Positions 17,356 through 27,480 of a DNA stretch of 64,000 nucleotides are shown here, in pieces. The position numbers and the translations under genes are program-made. The notes under the pieces are model-generated. The model was not told where the DNA came from. It ran no database searches and worked only from the letters and a program-made list of their open reading frames with translations. Numbering within the stretch: position 1 is the stretch's first letter; every line of letters starts with the position of its first letter. Source of the DNA: Shinella sp. (lineage in GTDB: Bacteria; Pseudomonadota; Alphaproteobacteria; Rhizobiales; Rhizobiaceae); the NCBI GenBank assembly GCA_039812945.1, contig JBDHSZ010000001.1, forward strand, positions 17,020 to 81,019, in the 5' to 3' direction.

Positions 17356-18471
17356 ATGACGAAGTCATTCGAAATCAATCGACGCAACACCCTCAAGCTG
17401 CTCGGCGCCGCCTGTGCGCTGCCCCTGGCGACGAGGAGCCTGTTCGCCCAGGACGCCGGACCCGTGACGGTGGGCGTGATCTATTCCGGCTCGAAGGAGG
17501 ACTACGGCTACAACAAGTCCCATGCGCTCGCGGCGGCAAGGCTGAAGGAACTGCCGGGCGTGACCGTCGTGGAGGAGGAGCGCGTGCCCGAAACGGTCGC
17601 CGTGCAGCGCACGATGGAGGGCATGATCCGGCAGGACGGCGCGGCCCTGATCATCGCCACCTCCTTCGGCTACTTCAAGCCGCATGTGCAGCAGATCGCC
17701 GCCAAGTATCCCGAGGTCATGTTCGCCCATTGCGGCGGGCTCTGGGACGAGGCGATGCCGGCCAATATCGGCACGTTCTACGGCTATATCTACAGCGCGC
17801 AATACATCACCGGCATCGTCGCCGCCCATATGACGAAGACGAAGAAGCTCGGCGTCGTCGCCGCCAAGCCGACGCCGAACCTGATCCGCAGCATCAACGC
17901 CTTCACCATCGCCGCCCGTTCGGTCGACCCGGCGATCACCGTGCAGGTCATCTTCACCGGCGACTGGGTGCTGCCGGTGCGCGAGGCCGAATCGACGAAT
18001 TCGCTCATCGACCAGGGCGTGGACGTCGTCGCCAGCCAGGTCGACAGCCCGAAAGTCGTCGTCGAGACCGCGGAAAAGCGCGGCGTCTATTCCTGCGGCT
18101 ATCATTCGAGCCAGGCCGACATCGCTCCCGAGCGCTTCCTGACCGGCGCCGAATGGAACTGGATCGTGCCCTACACGGCGTTCCTCGATGCCGTCCGGGC
18201 CGGCCGGCCGCCGGAACATTACCTGCGCGGCGGGCTTGCCGCGGAGTTCGTCAAGAACACCCCGTTCGGCGCCGCCGTCAGCGACGCGGCGAAGGCCGGC
18301 GCCGAACGCGCGCAGGCCGAGCTGATCGCCGGAACGCGCGCGATCTATTCCGGGCCGCTCAAGGACAACAAGGGCGACATCGTCATTCCCGAAGGCACGG
18401 TCTTCGCCGAGAATGAGCGCAAGCTGGACAAGATCGACTACCTGGTCGACGGCGTCCTCGGCCAGATGTGA
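17356..18471 (+). CDS. BMP family ABC transporter substrate-binding protein (Tat signal)
   Basis: NRRNTLK twin-Arg signal, DYGYNKSH, IIATSFGY. Confidence 0.92.
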   Translation: MTKSFEINRRNTLKLLGAACALPLATRSLFAQDAGPVTVGVIYSGSKEDYGYNKSHALAAARLKELPGVTVVEEERVPETVAVQRTMEGMIRQDGAALIIATSFGYFKPHVQQIAAKYPEVMFAHCGGLWDEAMPANIGTFYGYIYSAQYITGIVAAHMTKTKKLGVVAAKPTPNLIRSINAFTIAARSVDPAITVQVIFTGDWVLPVREAESTNSLIDQGVDVVASQVDSPKVVVETAEKRGVYSCGYHSSQADIAPERFLTGAEWNWIVPYTAFLDAVRAGRPPEHYLRGGLAAEFVKNTPFGAAVSDAAKAGAERAQAELIAGTRAIYSGPLKDNKGDIVIPEGTVFAENERKLDKIDYLVDGVLGQM

Positions 18472-18480
18472 GGCGCGGCG

Positions 18481-19557
18481 ATGCACGCAACGACCCTGGC
18501 GCAGGCGGAAAGCCCCGCGAGAAACCGGACCACCAGTTACCTAAGCGCGCTGGCCCCGCTCGGGGCCGTCGCGACCGCGGCCCTCATCTTCGCGGTCTTC
18601 GTCAGCCTCTACGGGCATGATCCGATCAAGGTCTTCACCTATATCTTCGAAGGCGGCTTCGGCAGCGGCTTCGCCTGGCAGGACACGCTCTCGCGCGCCG
18701 CGCCGCTGATCCTCGTCGGCCTCGCCGTCGCCATTCCGGCCCAGGCCGGCATGGTGGTCATCGGCGGCGAGGGGGCGCTGGTCGCCGGCGGCCTTGCGGC
18801 GGCGATCGTCACGCTGCCCTTCGCCGGCTATCCCGCGCTGCCGATGCAGCTCCTGATGCTCGTCGCCGGCGTGCTGTTCGGGGCGGTCTGGTTCGGACTG
18901 GTCGGCGCGCTGCGGCAATGGCGCGGGCTGAACGAGACGATCTCCAGCCTGCTGCTCGTCTATATCGCGCTGGCGATCTTCCACCAGCTCGTCGAGGGCG
19001 TCCTGCGCGATCCCGCCAGCCTCGACAAGCCCTCCACCCATCCGATCGATGCGGGCTACATGCTGCCGGCGATCCCCGGGACCTATATCCATATCGGCCT
19101 GCTGATCGCCGTCGGCATGGCCGTCCTGGCATTCGTCTTCATCCGCTTCACCACCTGGGGCTTCGCGCTGCGCGTCGTCGGCGGCAGCGATCGCGTCGCC
19201 CGGATGATCGGCCTGAAGGTGGATCGCTGGATCATCGGCGCGGCCGCCGCGGGCGGCGGCATGGCGGGCCTTGCCGGGGCGATCGAGGTCGCCGCCGTCC
19301 AGGGAACCGCCAATTCGTCGCTGCATGTCGGCTACGGCTACAGCGGCATCCTGGTGGCCTTCCTCTCCCGCCACCACCCGCTCGCCGTCATCCCCGTCGC
19401 GATCCTGATCGGCGGCATCCAGGCGAGCGGCAGCCTGCTGCAGCGCCGCCTCGGCCTGCCCGACGCCACCGTCCTCGTGCTCCAGGGCATCATCTTCGTC
19501 TGCGTCCTGGTGGGCGACGCCGTGATCCGCAATCACAAAGAAAACGGGAGGGCCTGA
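18481..19557 (+). CDS. Nucleoside-type ABC permease
   Basis: IGGEGAL, GYGYSGILVAFL. Confidence 0.9.
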   Translation: MHATTLAQAESPARNRTTSYLSALAPLGAVATAALIFAVFVSLYGHDPIKVFTYIFEGGFGSGFAWQDTLSRAAPLILVGLAVAIPAQAGMVVIGGEGALVAGGLAAAIVTLPFAGYPALPMQLLMLVAGVLFGAVWFGLVGALRQWRGLNETISSLLLVYIALAIFHQLVEGVLRDPASLDKPSTHPIDAGYMLPAIPGTYIHIGLLIAVGMAVLAFVFIRFTTWGFALRVVGGSDRVARMIGLKVDRWIIGAAAAGGGMAGLAGAIEVAAVQGTANSSLHVGYGYSGILVAFLSRHHPLAVIPVAILIGGIQASGSLLQRRLGLPDATVLVLQGIIFVCVLVGDAVIRNHKENGRA

Positions 19558-19560
19558 ACG

Positions 19561-20487
19561 ATGGATCCCACGTCAATCGGCTGGCTGACCCTGCCGCTCG
19601 CCATCCTCGCCGGGGCGATCCGCGTCTCGACGCCGTTCATCTTCGTCAGCCTCGGCGAATGCATCACGGAAAAATCCGGCCGCATCAATCTCGGCCTCGA
19701 GGGCAACCTCGTGCTCGGCGCCATGGCCGCCTATGCGGTCTCCTATCTCACCGGCTCCCCCTGGCTCGGCGTGCTCGTGGCCGGCATCGCCGGGATGCTG
19801 TTCGGCACGCTGCACGGGCTGCTTTGCAGCGTCCGGCGCGTCAACGACACCGCCATCGGCATCAGCCTGATGGTGCTCGGAACGGGCCTTGCCTTCTTCT
19901 GGGGCAAGCCCTTCATCGAGCCGAAGGCGCCGTCGCTGCCGACGATCGGGCTGGGCTTCTGGTCGGACATCCCGCAGATCCGCTCCGCGCTGGAGATCAA
20001 TGCGCTGTTCTTCCTCGGCATCGCCCTCGCCTTCGCGCTTCAGGTCGTGTTCACCCGCACCGGCTGGGGCCTGATGCTGCGGACGGTGGGCGACAGCGAG
20101 GACGCGGCCCGCGCGCTGGGCTTCAAGGTCAGGACGGTCCGCATCCTCGCGACTTCCGCCGGCGGCTTCCTCGCCGGTGTCGGCGGCAGCTTCCTGTCCC
20201 TCTCCTATCCCGGAAGCTGGAGCGAAGGCCTTTCCAGCGGCCAGGGCATCATGGCGGTCGCGCTGGTGATCTTCGCCCGCTGGAACCCGATCCGGGCGCT
20301 CTGGGCCTCGCTGCTGTTCGGCGGCGCCGGCGCGATCGGCCCCGCCCTGCAGGGCATGGGCGTCACCGGCTTCTACTATCTCTTCAACGCCGCCCCCTAC
20401 TTCCTGACGCTCGTCATCATGATTGCATCAACCTCACGCGCGCAGCCGTTCACCGACGCCCCCGGTGAACTGAGCCTGCATCGATAA
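19561..20487 (+). CDS. Nucleoside-type ABC permease
   Basis: EKSGRINLGLEG, GQGIMAVALVIFARW. Confidence 0.92.
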   Translation: MDPTSIGWLTLPLAILAGAIRVSTPFIFVSLGECITEKSGRINLGLEGNLVLGAMAAYAVSYLTGSPWLGVLVAGIAGMLFGTLHGLLCSVRRVNDTAIGISLMVLGTGLAFFWGKPFIEPKAPSLPTIGLGFWSDIPQIRSALEINALFFLGIALAFALQVVFTRTGWGLMLRTVGDSEDAARALGFKVRTVRILATSAGGFLAGVGGSFLSLSYPGSWSEGLSSGQGIMAVALVIFARWNPIRALWASLLFGGAGAIGPALQGMGVTGFYYLFNAAPYFLTLVIMIASTSRAQPFTDAPGELSLHR

Positions 20488-20504
20488 TGGACCGGAGGAC
20501 GACC

Positions 20505-22010
20505 ATGCGTGCGATTACCCTCGATCTCGTCGGCATGACGAAGCGCTTCGGCTCCCTGACCGCCCTCGACGCCGTTTCCCTCAAGGTCAGGGCCGGCAGC
20601 GTCCATGCCCTGCTCGGCGAGAACGGCGCGGGTAAGAGCACGCTCGTGAAATGCCTGGTCGGCTTCCATCAGCCGGATGACGGCTCGATCCTCGTCGACG
20701 GCAAGCCGCAGGCGATCGCCACGCCGAAGGATGCCGACACGCTGGGGATCGGCATGGTCTACCAGCATTTCACGCTGGTTCCGTCGATGACCGTCGCCGA
20801 GAACCTGGTCGCCAGCCAGGCGCGCCTGCCCGCCTATATCGACTGGGGCGCCAATCTGGCCCGGCTGAGATCGCTGCTCTCGACGATGCCGTTCCATATC
20901 CCGCTCGACGTCCGGGCCTCGCAGCTTTCGGCCGGCGAGAAGCAGAAGGCCGAGCTGATCAAGCAGCTCTATCTCGGCCGCAGGCTCCTCATCCTCGACG
21001 AGCCGACCTCGGTGCTGACGCCCGACGAGGCGAAGGAGGTGCTGGGCTTCGTGCGCCAGCTCACGGATACCGGCGCGCTCAGCGTCATCCTGATCACCCA
21101 CAAGTTCGACGAGGTGACCCGCTATGCCGACGACGTCACGATCCTGCGCAAGGGCGCCGCGTGCAGGACGGGCCGCGTGCAGGACCTTTCGACGACCGAG
21201 ATGGCGGAGGCGATGATCGGCCATGCCCTCGAAAGGAAGGACGCCCGGACGAGGACGGCGACGGGCACGGCCCCGCTCCTTTCGATCGAGAGGCTCACCG
21301 CGATCGGCGACATCGGCCTGCCGGCCGTGAAGGAGGTTTCCCTCAAGGTCCATCGATCCGAGATCGTCGGCGTGGCGGGCGTTTCCGGCAACGGCCAGAA
21401 GGAGCTGGTCGAGGCCCTCATGGGGCAGCGCGAGCGGACCGGAAGGATCGAGGTGTCGGGATCGGAATTTTCCGGAAGCCGCCGGCAGCTTGCCGACCTC
21501 GGCGTCTACGGTCTGCCGCAGGAACCGCTGAGGAACGCCTGCGTGCCGCGGATGAGCCTCAAGGAGAACATGGCGCTGCGCAACTTCGACAGGCCGCCGA
21601 TCGCCCGAAGCGTCTTCGTCGACTGGAAGGCGCTCGCGGCCCAGGCCGTAGCTCTCGTCGGCAAGTTCCGCGTGAAGGCGTCGGGCCTCGATGCGGAAAT
21701 GAACACGCTGTCCGGCGGCAACGTCCAGCGCGCCGTGCTGGCGCGCGAGCTGACCAACGACGTGCGCGTCCTGATCGCCTCCAACCCGACATTCGGGCTG
21801 GATTTCAAGGCCTGCGAGGAAACGCACGACCGCATCGTCAACGCCCGCAACAACGGTGCCGCCGTTCTTCTCCTCTCAGAGGATCTCGACGAACTGTTCG
21901 ACCTGGCCGACCGGATCGTCGTGATGAGTGAAGGCAGCCTGGTCTATGAGGTGGAGACCGCATCGGCCACCAAGCAGATCGTCGGGCAGCATATGGCCGG
22001 TGCTCATTGA
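20505..22010 (+). CDS. Sugar/nucleoside-type ABC ATP-binding protein (two NBDs)
   Basis: GENGAGKST, ILDEPT, LSGGNVQR; start 20487 or 20505. Confidence 0.92.
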   Translation: MRAITLDLVGMTKRFGSLTALDAVSLKVRAGSVHALLGENGAGKSTLVKCLVGFHQPDDGSILVDGKPQAIATPKDADTLGIGMVYQHFTLVPSMTVAENLVASQARLPAYIDWGANLARLRSLLSTMPFHIPLDVRASQLSAGEKQKAELIKQLYLGRRLLILDEPTSVLTPDEAKEVLGFVRQLTDTGALSVILITHKFDEVTRYADDVTILRKGAACRTGRVQDLSTTEMAEAMIGHALERKDARTRTATGTAPLLSIERLTAIGDIGLPAVKEVSLKVHRSEIVGVAGVSGNGQKELVEALMGQRERTGRIEVSGSEFSGSRRQLADLGVYGLPQEPLRNACVPRMSLKENMALRNFDRPPIARSVFVDWKALAAQAVALVGKFRVKASGLDAEMNTLSGGNVQRAVLARELTNDVRVLIASNPTFGLDFKACEETHDRIVNARNNGAAVLLLSEDLDELFDLADRIVVMSEGSLVYEVETASATKQIVGQHMAGAH

Positions 22011-22035
22011 TAAGATACGCTCTTGCAGCCGTCGG

Positions 22036-22065
22036 CATCCATGGACGAACGGACAGGTCGAGCGG
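22036..22065 (+). mobile_element. Tiny IS481-family transposase remnant
   Basis: Encodes HPWTNGQVER, a characteristic stretch of rhizobial IS481-family transposases; no flanking transposase sequence. Confidence 0.45.
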
Positions 22066-22286
22066 GGTCGCCCGGCCGGCGGGCGGAAAAGCACATCGGC
22101 GATCGAGGCCGGTCGGCCGCTGACGCCGAGCGCGAGGTCGATGCCGCTCAGGAAACCGGGCCGGGCAGGAGCGAGGAGGCAAGGAACAGCGCGGCCAGCA
22201 TCCGGCCTTGAAGCGTGGTGCGTGGCAGCCGGCGCGCGCCGGCCGCCTTCCAGCTCACGGCAGGGTCTCCTTGACGACGCGGCCAG

Positions 22287-22637
22287 GGCGGCTACCGCGT
22301 GGTCGACACGCCGCAGTTCACGCTCGACGCCCTGGGAGGTGTGCGCTTCTGGCATATCTCGAATGACGTGACGGTGACGGCCAGCCACCCGCTCATCGGG
22401 ACCCGGACGGCACGCCATGGCGAGGATTTCGGATGGGTGGATCCCGTGGCCGGCCTGCGCATCTTCCTTCCCGTCACAGAAAAGCTGTCGATCCAGGCGC
22501 AAGGCGACATCGGCGGCTTCGGCGCCGGCGCCGATTTCACCTGGTCGGCGCTGGCGACGGTCAATTACGTCATTTCGGATCGCTTTTCCGCGTCCGTCGG
22601 CTACAAGGTGCTCGATGTCGATTACAGCCGCGGCGGC
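22287..22637 (+). pseudogene. Fragment of an outer-membrane beta-barrel protein gene
   Basis: GGYRVVDTPQFTLDALGGVRFW...WVDPVAGLR...GDIGGFGAGADFTWSALATVNY...SASVGYKVLDVDYSRGG; amphipathic beta strands, no start/signal peptide, no C-terminal aromatic end. Confidence 0.65.
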
Positions 22638-22718
22638 CGAGCGTCATGCCGGAAGCGGCTCGGCCACGCCTCCGCCGAGATGACGCGGCGTTGCCAGCGC
22701 CTGCCTCGTCCACGGCGA

Positions 22719-23954
22719 TCAACCCAGCGGCTCGCCCGCGACCGGGCGGCCGCGATAGAAGACCGTGCGCCGCAGGGGGCCCGTGCGCACGAGGTCGGTG
22801 ACGTCGCCGGCCTCGCTCACGAGGAGGTTCGCCCAGACCCCCGGCGCGATGCCGCAGGGCCCGAGGCCGAGGAGGCGGGCGGGCACGCCGGCGATCATAT
22901 CGAAGGCGAGCGCCGGCTCGTTCCTCATGAGGTGCCCCGCAAGGATCGTCCAGCGCGCGAGCTCCAGCATGTCGCCCGAACCGACGGGCACGAAGGCGTC
23001 CTGGATATTGTCCGAGGCCGTGGCGAGCGGCACGCCGCGGGCGATGAGATCGGTGACGCGGGTCAGCCCGCGGGCGACCGGCCGCTCCGCCCCGCGCCCC
23101 TGCAGGAAGAGATTGGCGGTGGGCAGCGTGACGATGCCCATGCCCGACCGCGCCACCTCCTCCATGACGGCGGCGGCGGCATCGTCCATCGCGGAAAGCG
23201 AGCTGCAATGGCCGGCGACGACGCCGTCCCCGAGGCCGCGCAACCGCGTCTGCCGCGCCAGGTGAAGAAGGTTGTCGGCCTGCGGGCGCAGATGCTCGTC
23301 GACATGCAGGTCGACCCGCCTGCCGTGTTTCTCCGCGACGTCCAGCAGCATGTCGATGAAGCCGGCGGGATCGGCCGCAAGGTTCGGCGCGCCGCCCACC
23401 GTGTCCGCGCCCGCGGCCAGCGCGTCCTCCAGCAGGCGTCTCGCCTCGGCCGGATCGCCGCGCGCGGCGCTGCCCGTCACGAAGGCGACGACGTCGAGAT
23501 GCAGGCGCTCGCGATACTCCTCCCGCAGCGCGGCGAGGGCCTCGACGCTGCGCAGGCGCAATTCGTAGTCGACATTGGCGTGGGAGCGGATGGCGACAGT
23601 GCCGCGCGCAAGGCAGGCCTCGATGGTTCTGCGGGCGCGCTGCGCGATGTCTTCCTTCGTCGCCGTGCGCGCATAGGCGGAAAACGCCTCCCCGGCCCCG
23701 GCCAGCGTGCCGGAAAGATTGGGCGCAGCGTCCAGCGTATGGCTCTTGTCGAGGTGCTGGTGCATGTCGACGAGGCCCGGCGTGATGAGCCGGCCGCTCG
23801 CATCGACGATATCCGCCCCCTCCGCCGGACGCCCTTCGCCCACCGCCTCGATGCGCCCGTCCGCGCCGACGATGAGGTCGGCGCGGCGCGGCGCCTGCCA
23901 GCCGGAGGCGGCCACGCGGCCGCCCCTCAGCAACAATCTGCCGTCCGTCAGCAT
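22719..23954 (-). CDS. Cytosine deaminase-like amidohydrolase (possible pterin/nucleobase deaminase)
   Basis: PGLVDMHQHLDK, LHVDE, GHC, ASDNIQD. Confidence 0.88.
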   Translation of the reverse strand: MLTDGRLLLRGGRVAASGWQAPRRADLIVGADGRIEAVGEGRPAEGADIVDASGRLITPGLVDMHQHLDKSHTLDAAPNLSGTLAGAGEAFSAYARTATKEDIAQRARRTIEACLARGTVAIRSHANVDYELRLRSVEALAALREEYRERLHLDVVAFVTGSAARGDPAEARRLLEDALAAGADTVGGAPNLAADPAGFIDMLLDVAEKHGRRVDLHVDEHLRPQADNLLHLARQTRLRGLGDGVVAGHCSSLSAMDDAAAAVMEEVARSGMGIVTLPTANLFLQGRGAERPVARGLTRVTDLIARGVPLATASDNIQDAFVPVGSGDMLELARWTILAGHLMRNEPALAFDMIAGVPARLLGLGPCGIAPGVWANLLVSEAGDVTDLVRTGPLRRTVFYRGRPVAGEPLG

Positions 23955-25555
23955 GCCTGCTCCTCCAGCACCGCGCGGGCCGCGGGCGTGCCCTGCCGTT
24001 CCGCCCGCTCCGCGCGCTGCGGATCGATGCCCGCCATCATCAGGCCGATGCGGTTGACGTCATAGTCCGAGGCGTCGAGCTCGCCGATGATCCGCCCGTG
24101 ATACATGACGACGATGCGGTGCGAGAGCAGCATCAGCTCCTCCAGGTCGCTGGAGATCAAGAGGATGCCGACGCCGCTTCCGGCGCTTTCGAGGATCCGG
24201 TCGCGGACATAGGCCCCGGCGGCGAAATCCAGCCCGCGCGAGGGCTCGCTCACCACCAGCGCCGAGGGGCCGGCGGAAAGCTCGCGCGCCATCACGACCT
24301 TCTGCTGGTTGCCGCCGGAAAGCGCGCCCATCGGCATGGCGGGGGAATGCACGCGGATGCCGAATTCGCGGATATGCTTCTGCGCATTGCCGGCGAGCGC
24401 CGCGCGGTCAATGACGCCGAAGCGCGAGAAGGCCGGCTCGCCGATGGTCTGCAAGGCCATGTTGGCCGCCACGCTCATGCCGCCCACCATCGCCATGGCG
24501 TGGCGGTCCTCCGGCACGAAGGCGAGGCCGCGCCGGCGCCGTTCGGCGACGCCGGCGGCCGAGACCTCCTCGCCGCCTATCAGGATGCGGCCCGCCTCGA
24601 TCCGCCGGCAGCCGAGCAGCGCTTCCGCCAGCTCGCTTTGCCCGTTGCCCGCCACGCCCGCCACGCCGACCACCTCGCCGCGCCGGATATCGAGCGACAC
24701 GCCGTCGACGACCGACCGGCCGCCTTCGCTCACGCGCAGCTCGCGGATGCCGAGCGCCACATCCCGGCCGGGCGCGCTGCGGGCGCGCACGGGCACCGCG
24801 CCGCTATGGGCCACCATCAGGCCCGCCACCTCGTCGACCGACACCTCGGACGGCCGCACCGTATCGATCTTGCAGCCCTGCCGGAGCACGGTGATGCGGT
24901 CGCACACCCGCATGGCGTCGTCGAGATTGTGGGTGATGATCACCACCGTATAGCCGTCGTCGCGGAAGCGCCTCAGGGTTTCCAGCAGCGCCTCGGCCTG
25001 CTGCGGGGCCAGCACGCTCGTCGGCTCGTCGAGGATGAGGATGCGCGAGCCCTGGAACAGCATCTTGAGGATCTCGACCTGCTGGCGCTCGCCGACGGAC
25101 AGGCCCTCGACCCGCGCGTCGAGATCGGGCGTCAGGCCGTATTCCTGACAGAGCGCCGCAAGACGCCGGCGCTCGGCCGCCCAGTCGACCGACGGCCGCG
25201 ACCAGCGCAGCGTCGGCAGGACGACGTTCTGCAGCACGGTATAGTCGCCGACCAGCGAGAAATGCTGGTGCACCATGCCGATGCCGGCAGCGATCGCCCG
25301 GCGCGTCGACCAGCCGCGCGAGACGTCGACGCCGTCGACGAGGATCGCGCCGGCGTCGATGGAGAGCATCCCGAACAGGACGTTCATCAAGGTGGATTTC
25401 CCCGCGCCGTTCTCGCCGAGCAGCGCGTGAATCTCGCCGCGCCGCAGCGACAGCGAGACGTCGTTCAGGGCCTGGATCGGCCCGAACGCCTTGCAGATGC
25501 CTGCAAGGCGGACGGGGTCCTCGCCCGCGCCGGGAAGGGAGCCGCCCATGGTCAT
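23948..25555 (-). CDS. Sugar/nucleoside-type ABC ATP-binding protein
   Basis: GENGAGKST, LSVGERQQVE, LSGGNQQK; ATGA overlap with the SBP stop. Confidence 0.92.
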   Translation of the reverse strand: MTMGGSLPGAGEDPVRLAGICKAFGPIQALNDVSLSLRRGEIHALLGENGAGKSTLMNVLFGMLSIDAGAILVDGVDVSRGWSTRRAIAAGIGMVHQHFSLVGDYTVLQNVVLPTLRWSRPSVDWAAERRRLAALCQEYGLTPDLDARVEGLSVGERQQVEILKMLFQGSRILILDEPTSVLAPQQAEALLETLRRFRDDGYTVVIITHNLDDAMRVCDRITVLRQGCKIDTVRPSEVSVDEVAGLMVAHSGAVPVRARSAPGRDVALGIRELRVSEGGRSVVDGVSLDIRRGEVVGVAGVAGNGQSELAEALLGCRRIEAGRILIGGEEVSAAGVAERRRRGLAFVPEDRHAMAMVGGMSVAANMALQTIGEPAFSRFGVIDRAALAGNAQKHIREFGIRVHSPAMPMGALSGGNQQKVVMARELSAGPSALVVSEPSRGLDFAAGAYVRDRILESAGSGVGILLISSDLEELMLLSHRIVVMYHGRIIGELDASDYDVNRIGLMMAGIDPQRAERAERQGTPAARAVLEEQAC

Positions 25556-26556
25556 TTGACGTCGTGGGCGACGACCGCCACGGTCAGCTCGCCGCGCTGG
25601 TAGCGGCCGATCGTGTCGCGCAGCGTCGTCTCGACCGCGCCGTCGAGCTTGCCGTGCATGTCGGCGAGCGTGAACGTGTCCGGGCCGTAATTCTCGATGC
25701 GAGCCTCGGTGCGGCCCTCGTCCACCGCAAGGGCCAGCGCCTCGTACCAGCTCGGTATGTTCATGAGCACGCTGGTCAGCACGCTCTTCTCGGATTCCGC
25801 GTAGACATCCGTGGCGTAGCCGATGCACTGGACGCCGGCGGTCTCGACCGCGTCGAGCACGCCGCGCGTGCTGCCGCCGGCATTCATGACGATGATGTCG
25901 GCGCCGCGCTCGATCTGCATGGCCGTCACCTCGCGCGCCCGCGGCACGTTCGACCAGTCGCCGCTGAAGGCGGTCAGCACCTCGATGTCGGACCGCGCGG
26001 ATTTCGCCCCCTCGATGATGCCGCTCATCCAGGTGATGAGGCCCGGCACCGGCGCGCCGCCGACGGCGGCGATGGTGCCGGACTTGCTGGCGAGCGCCGC
26101 CGCCATGCCGCCCATGACGCCGTAGCCGTAGATGTCGATGCTGAAGGCCAGCGCATTCGCGGCCTTCGGCAGGGCGTTGACGACGGACATCATGGCGAAG
26201 AGCGTCTTGGGATATTTCGGGGAGACCTCGTTCCACGCGCCGATATGGCCGCTGGAGGTGAAGATCACCACGTCGTAGCCGGATTCGGCATAGTTCGCCG
26301 CCGTATCGGCAAGACGGGGGAAGGGCACGGCCTCCGCGACGGTGACGTCCCAGCCATGCTCGTCGATCAGCTTGCGCACGCCCCGGTAGGAGCCCTCGTC
26401 CCAACCGGCGGCATTGCCCGGATTGGCGACGGAGAAGATCACCGCCGCCTTCACCGGCTTGGCGGAGAATGCCGGCCGGACATGAAAGCCGGCCGAAAGC
26501 ATGAGGGCCACGCCGCCGCCGGCGGCAAGGAATGCACGTCTGTTGCAGTTCGTCAT
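25552..26556 (-). CDS. BMP family ABC substrate-binding protein (Tat signal)
   Basis: NRRAFL signal, AESGYDVVIF, QIERGADII. Confidence 0.88.
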   Translation of the reverse strand: MTNCNRRAFLAAGGGVALMLSAGFHVRPAFSAKPVKAAVIFSVANPGNAAGWDEGSYRGVRKLIDEHGWDVTVAEAVPFPRLADTAANYAESGYDVVIFTSSGHIGAWNEVSPKYPKTLFAMMSVVNALPKAANALAFSIDIYGYGVMGGMAAALASKSGTIAAVGGAPVPGLITWMSGIIEGAKSARSDIEVLTAFSGDWSNVPRAREVTAMQIERGADIIVMNAGGSTRGVLDAVETAGVQCIGYATDVYAESEKSVLTSVLMNIPSWYEALALAVDEGRTEARIENYGPDTFTLADMHGKLDGAVETTLRDTIGRYQRGELTVAVVAHDVK

Positions 26557-26589
26557 TTCCAGTTCCTCCTCCAGGAATGAAACATCGAT

Positions 26590-27480
26590 TCAGGGTTCCG
26601 TCCGTCCGGCCTCCTGCGGGCCCTGCGCGCGGCCGGCGAGCGCGACCCCCGCCAGGGTCAGCAGATAGGGGATCATCAGATAGAGATGCGGGTTGCCGCC
26701 GAAGCTCTGGGCGCGGAAGGCCATGGCCTCGCCGATCCCGAAGATGACGCAGGCGGCGATCGTCCAGCCCGGATACCAGCGGCCGAAATAGACCGCCGCG
26801 AGCGCGATGAAGCCGCGCCCCATCGTGACGTCGTCGGAAAAGCTGCGGATCCAGCCGGCGGTCAGCGCCGCGCCGCCGAGCCCGGCGAAGGCGCCCGCCG
26901 CCAGCAGCGCCACGGAGCGCACCGCACCGACATTGACGCCCGCCGAGGCCGCCGCGTGGCGGTTATGCCCGGCCGAGCGCAGCATGAGGCCCGGCGCTGT
27001 GCGGAACAGCATCCACGCGGTCGCCGCCGACAGGGCGAGCGCCAGCACGGTCAGCGGCGGCAGGTGGCCGAGCCACCTTGCGAGCGTCGTGCCCTCCGCC
27101 ACCGGCCATTCCAGCAGCGGCGTGCGGGACGGCGCGACGGAGGCGGTGAGGCGGAAGGCGAAGCTGGTGATGCCGGCGCAGACGATGTTGAAGGCGAGCC
27201 CGACCACCACCTGGTTGGCGGGGATGGAGACGGTGAGCAGCGCCATCGCCGCGCCGCAAAGAACACCCGCGAGCACGCCGCAGACGAGGCCGAGCCAGGC
27301 GCTGCCGAGAAGGCCCGCGCCGAGGAAGCCGGCGAAGGCGCCGACCAGCATCGCGCCTTCCACGCCGATGAACAGCACGCCGGAGCGCTCCGCGATCAGC
27401 ACGCCCATCGCCACGAACATCAGCGGCGTCGCGATGCGCAGGAGGCCGAACAGGAATTCGGGATCAAGCAGCAGCATCAC
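26590..27480 (-). CDS. Nucleoside-type ABC permease
   Basis: ERSGVLFIGVEG, GRGFIALAAVYFGRW. Confidence 0.92.
   Translation of the reverse strand: MMLLLDPEFLFGLLRIATPLMFVAMGVLIAERSGVLFIGVEGAMLVGAFAGFLGAGLLGSAWLGLVCGVLAGVLCGAAMALLTVSIPANQVVVGLAFNIVCAGITSFAFRLTASVAPSRTPLLEWPVAEGTTLARWLGHLPPLTVLALALSAATAWMLFRTAPGLMLRSAGHNRHAAASAGVNVGAVRSVALLAAGAFAGLGGAALTAGWIRSFSDDVTMGRGFIALAAVYFGRWYPGWTIAACVIFGIGEAMAFRAQSFGGNPHLYLMIPYLLTLAGVALAGRAQGPQEAGRTEP

Noticed and set aside
22299-24065. 588-aa plus-strand ORF as one gene
   Set aside because: Only the first ~110 codons resemble a protein (beta-barrel fragment); the rest is the antisense of the deaminase gene.
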